IMG/VR virus record: IMGVR_UViG_3300020045_018139
Coordinates: 1-27,078 of that record
Source: a virus
Lineage: Duplodnaviria > Caudoviricetes
DNA length: 27,078 bases
Strand: one strand, 5' to 3'
The notes below the pieces were generated by a model. That model saw only the letters and a list, made by a program, of their open reading frames with translations, had not been told where the DNA came from and did no database searches. Below are positions 26,459 through 27,078 of this stretch, piece by piece (within the stretch, counting starts at the first letter, position 1; every line of letters starts with the position of its first letter). The position numbers and the translations under genes were made by a program.

Positions 26459-26460
26459 TC

Positions 26461-27078
26461 ATGCAAGCAACCGTAACCCAATTTGCAGGTGGCATAAACG
26501 CAGACCCCGTTGAATATCCCTTTGATATTTGGGATGGGCAGGCAAAGACTATTGCCTTTAAGATAGGTAACGGTTTTGAACCCTTTTGGCAAGCGGCGTA
26601 CACATATTCACCCGAATGGTTATCAAGCCTTCAAAATGAACTGTATGTTTGGAAAAATGGGTTGCTGTATAGAATGAACAATAACGATGCACCTTGTAGT
26701 TTCTTTGGAGTTCAGCACAAGCCAAAGGTAATGTGCGTAAGCAATATGAACCCGTCCGAAGTTAAGGTGTATAATAGCATAAGTTTGGAATCGGGCAAAG
26801 TGCCTACATTGGCTTATTTTTTAGCGGATACGCCTTATTTACAGACAACCGATATTAAAGATTATGAATGGCGTAACTTTGAAGGGATGATATATGCGAA
26901 TATCAAGCGGAATAAACTAACACCAACATACAGCGGGTATAGCACAAGTGGGCTATTGACGGGGCAGAAAGTAAGGACAGTTGCGTTGTTTATGATGTTT
27001 GAATTTACGGCTTCAAATACTCCTTTGGAATTAAGATTTATCAACCTTATCTTTGAAGATAGCAGAGGTCAGGCAACA
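26461..27078 (+). CDS. Partial ORF resembling a crAss-like tail stabilization protein (not in ORF track)
   Basis: 206 open codons to the window end; W...YTYSPEW, LYVWKNG.LY, FFGVQ, PSEVKVYNSISLES, EG..YA. Confidence 0.65.
   Translation, partial: MQATVTQFAGGINADPVEYPFDIWDGQAKTIAFKIGNGFEPFWQAAYTYSPEWLSSLQNELYVWKNGLLYRMNNNDAPCSFFGVQHKPKVMCVSNMNPSEVKVYNSISLESGKVPTLAYFLADTPYLQTTDIKDYEWRNFEGMIYANIKRNKLTPTYSGYSTSGLLTGQKVRTVALFMMFEFTASNTPLELRFINLIFEDSRGQAT

Overview
A segment of a large tailed Bacteroidetes phage with crAss-like terminase and portal, almost all on the + strand and readable in the standard code. From left to right: a ~1.2 kb non-coding regulatory region; thyA and small accessory/nucleotide-metabolism genes (a duplicated YopX + DUF550/MazG-like pair, a DEDDh exonuclease, a PP-loop/PAPS-reductase-like protein); a fibre/structural cluster; a serine recombinase; a tandem GroES-like protein; a replication initiator with internal repeats; an intein-containing large terminase; the portal; and a mosaic, possibly chimeric right end. 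The strongest finding is a compact, circularly permuted (two-piece) tmRNA gene at ~7829-8114. Its T-arm, acceptor 3' strand and CCA come first, then a 74-nt intervening segment, then the GGGGGUG 5' end, a tag ORF (GKSIPMYTSQRKAA) and a terminator. Other notable items are a circularly permuted Fib_succ_major domain inserted inside an Mtd_N-like domain, a three-copy operator/promoter unit, a structured leader upstream of the replication gene, a ThyA with swapped active-site residues, and a NUMOD1-like insert in the intein endonuclease. All family calls are by motif recognition by eye; no searches were run.
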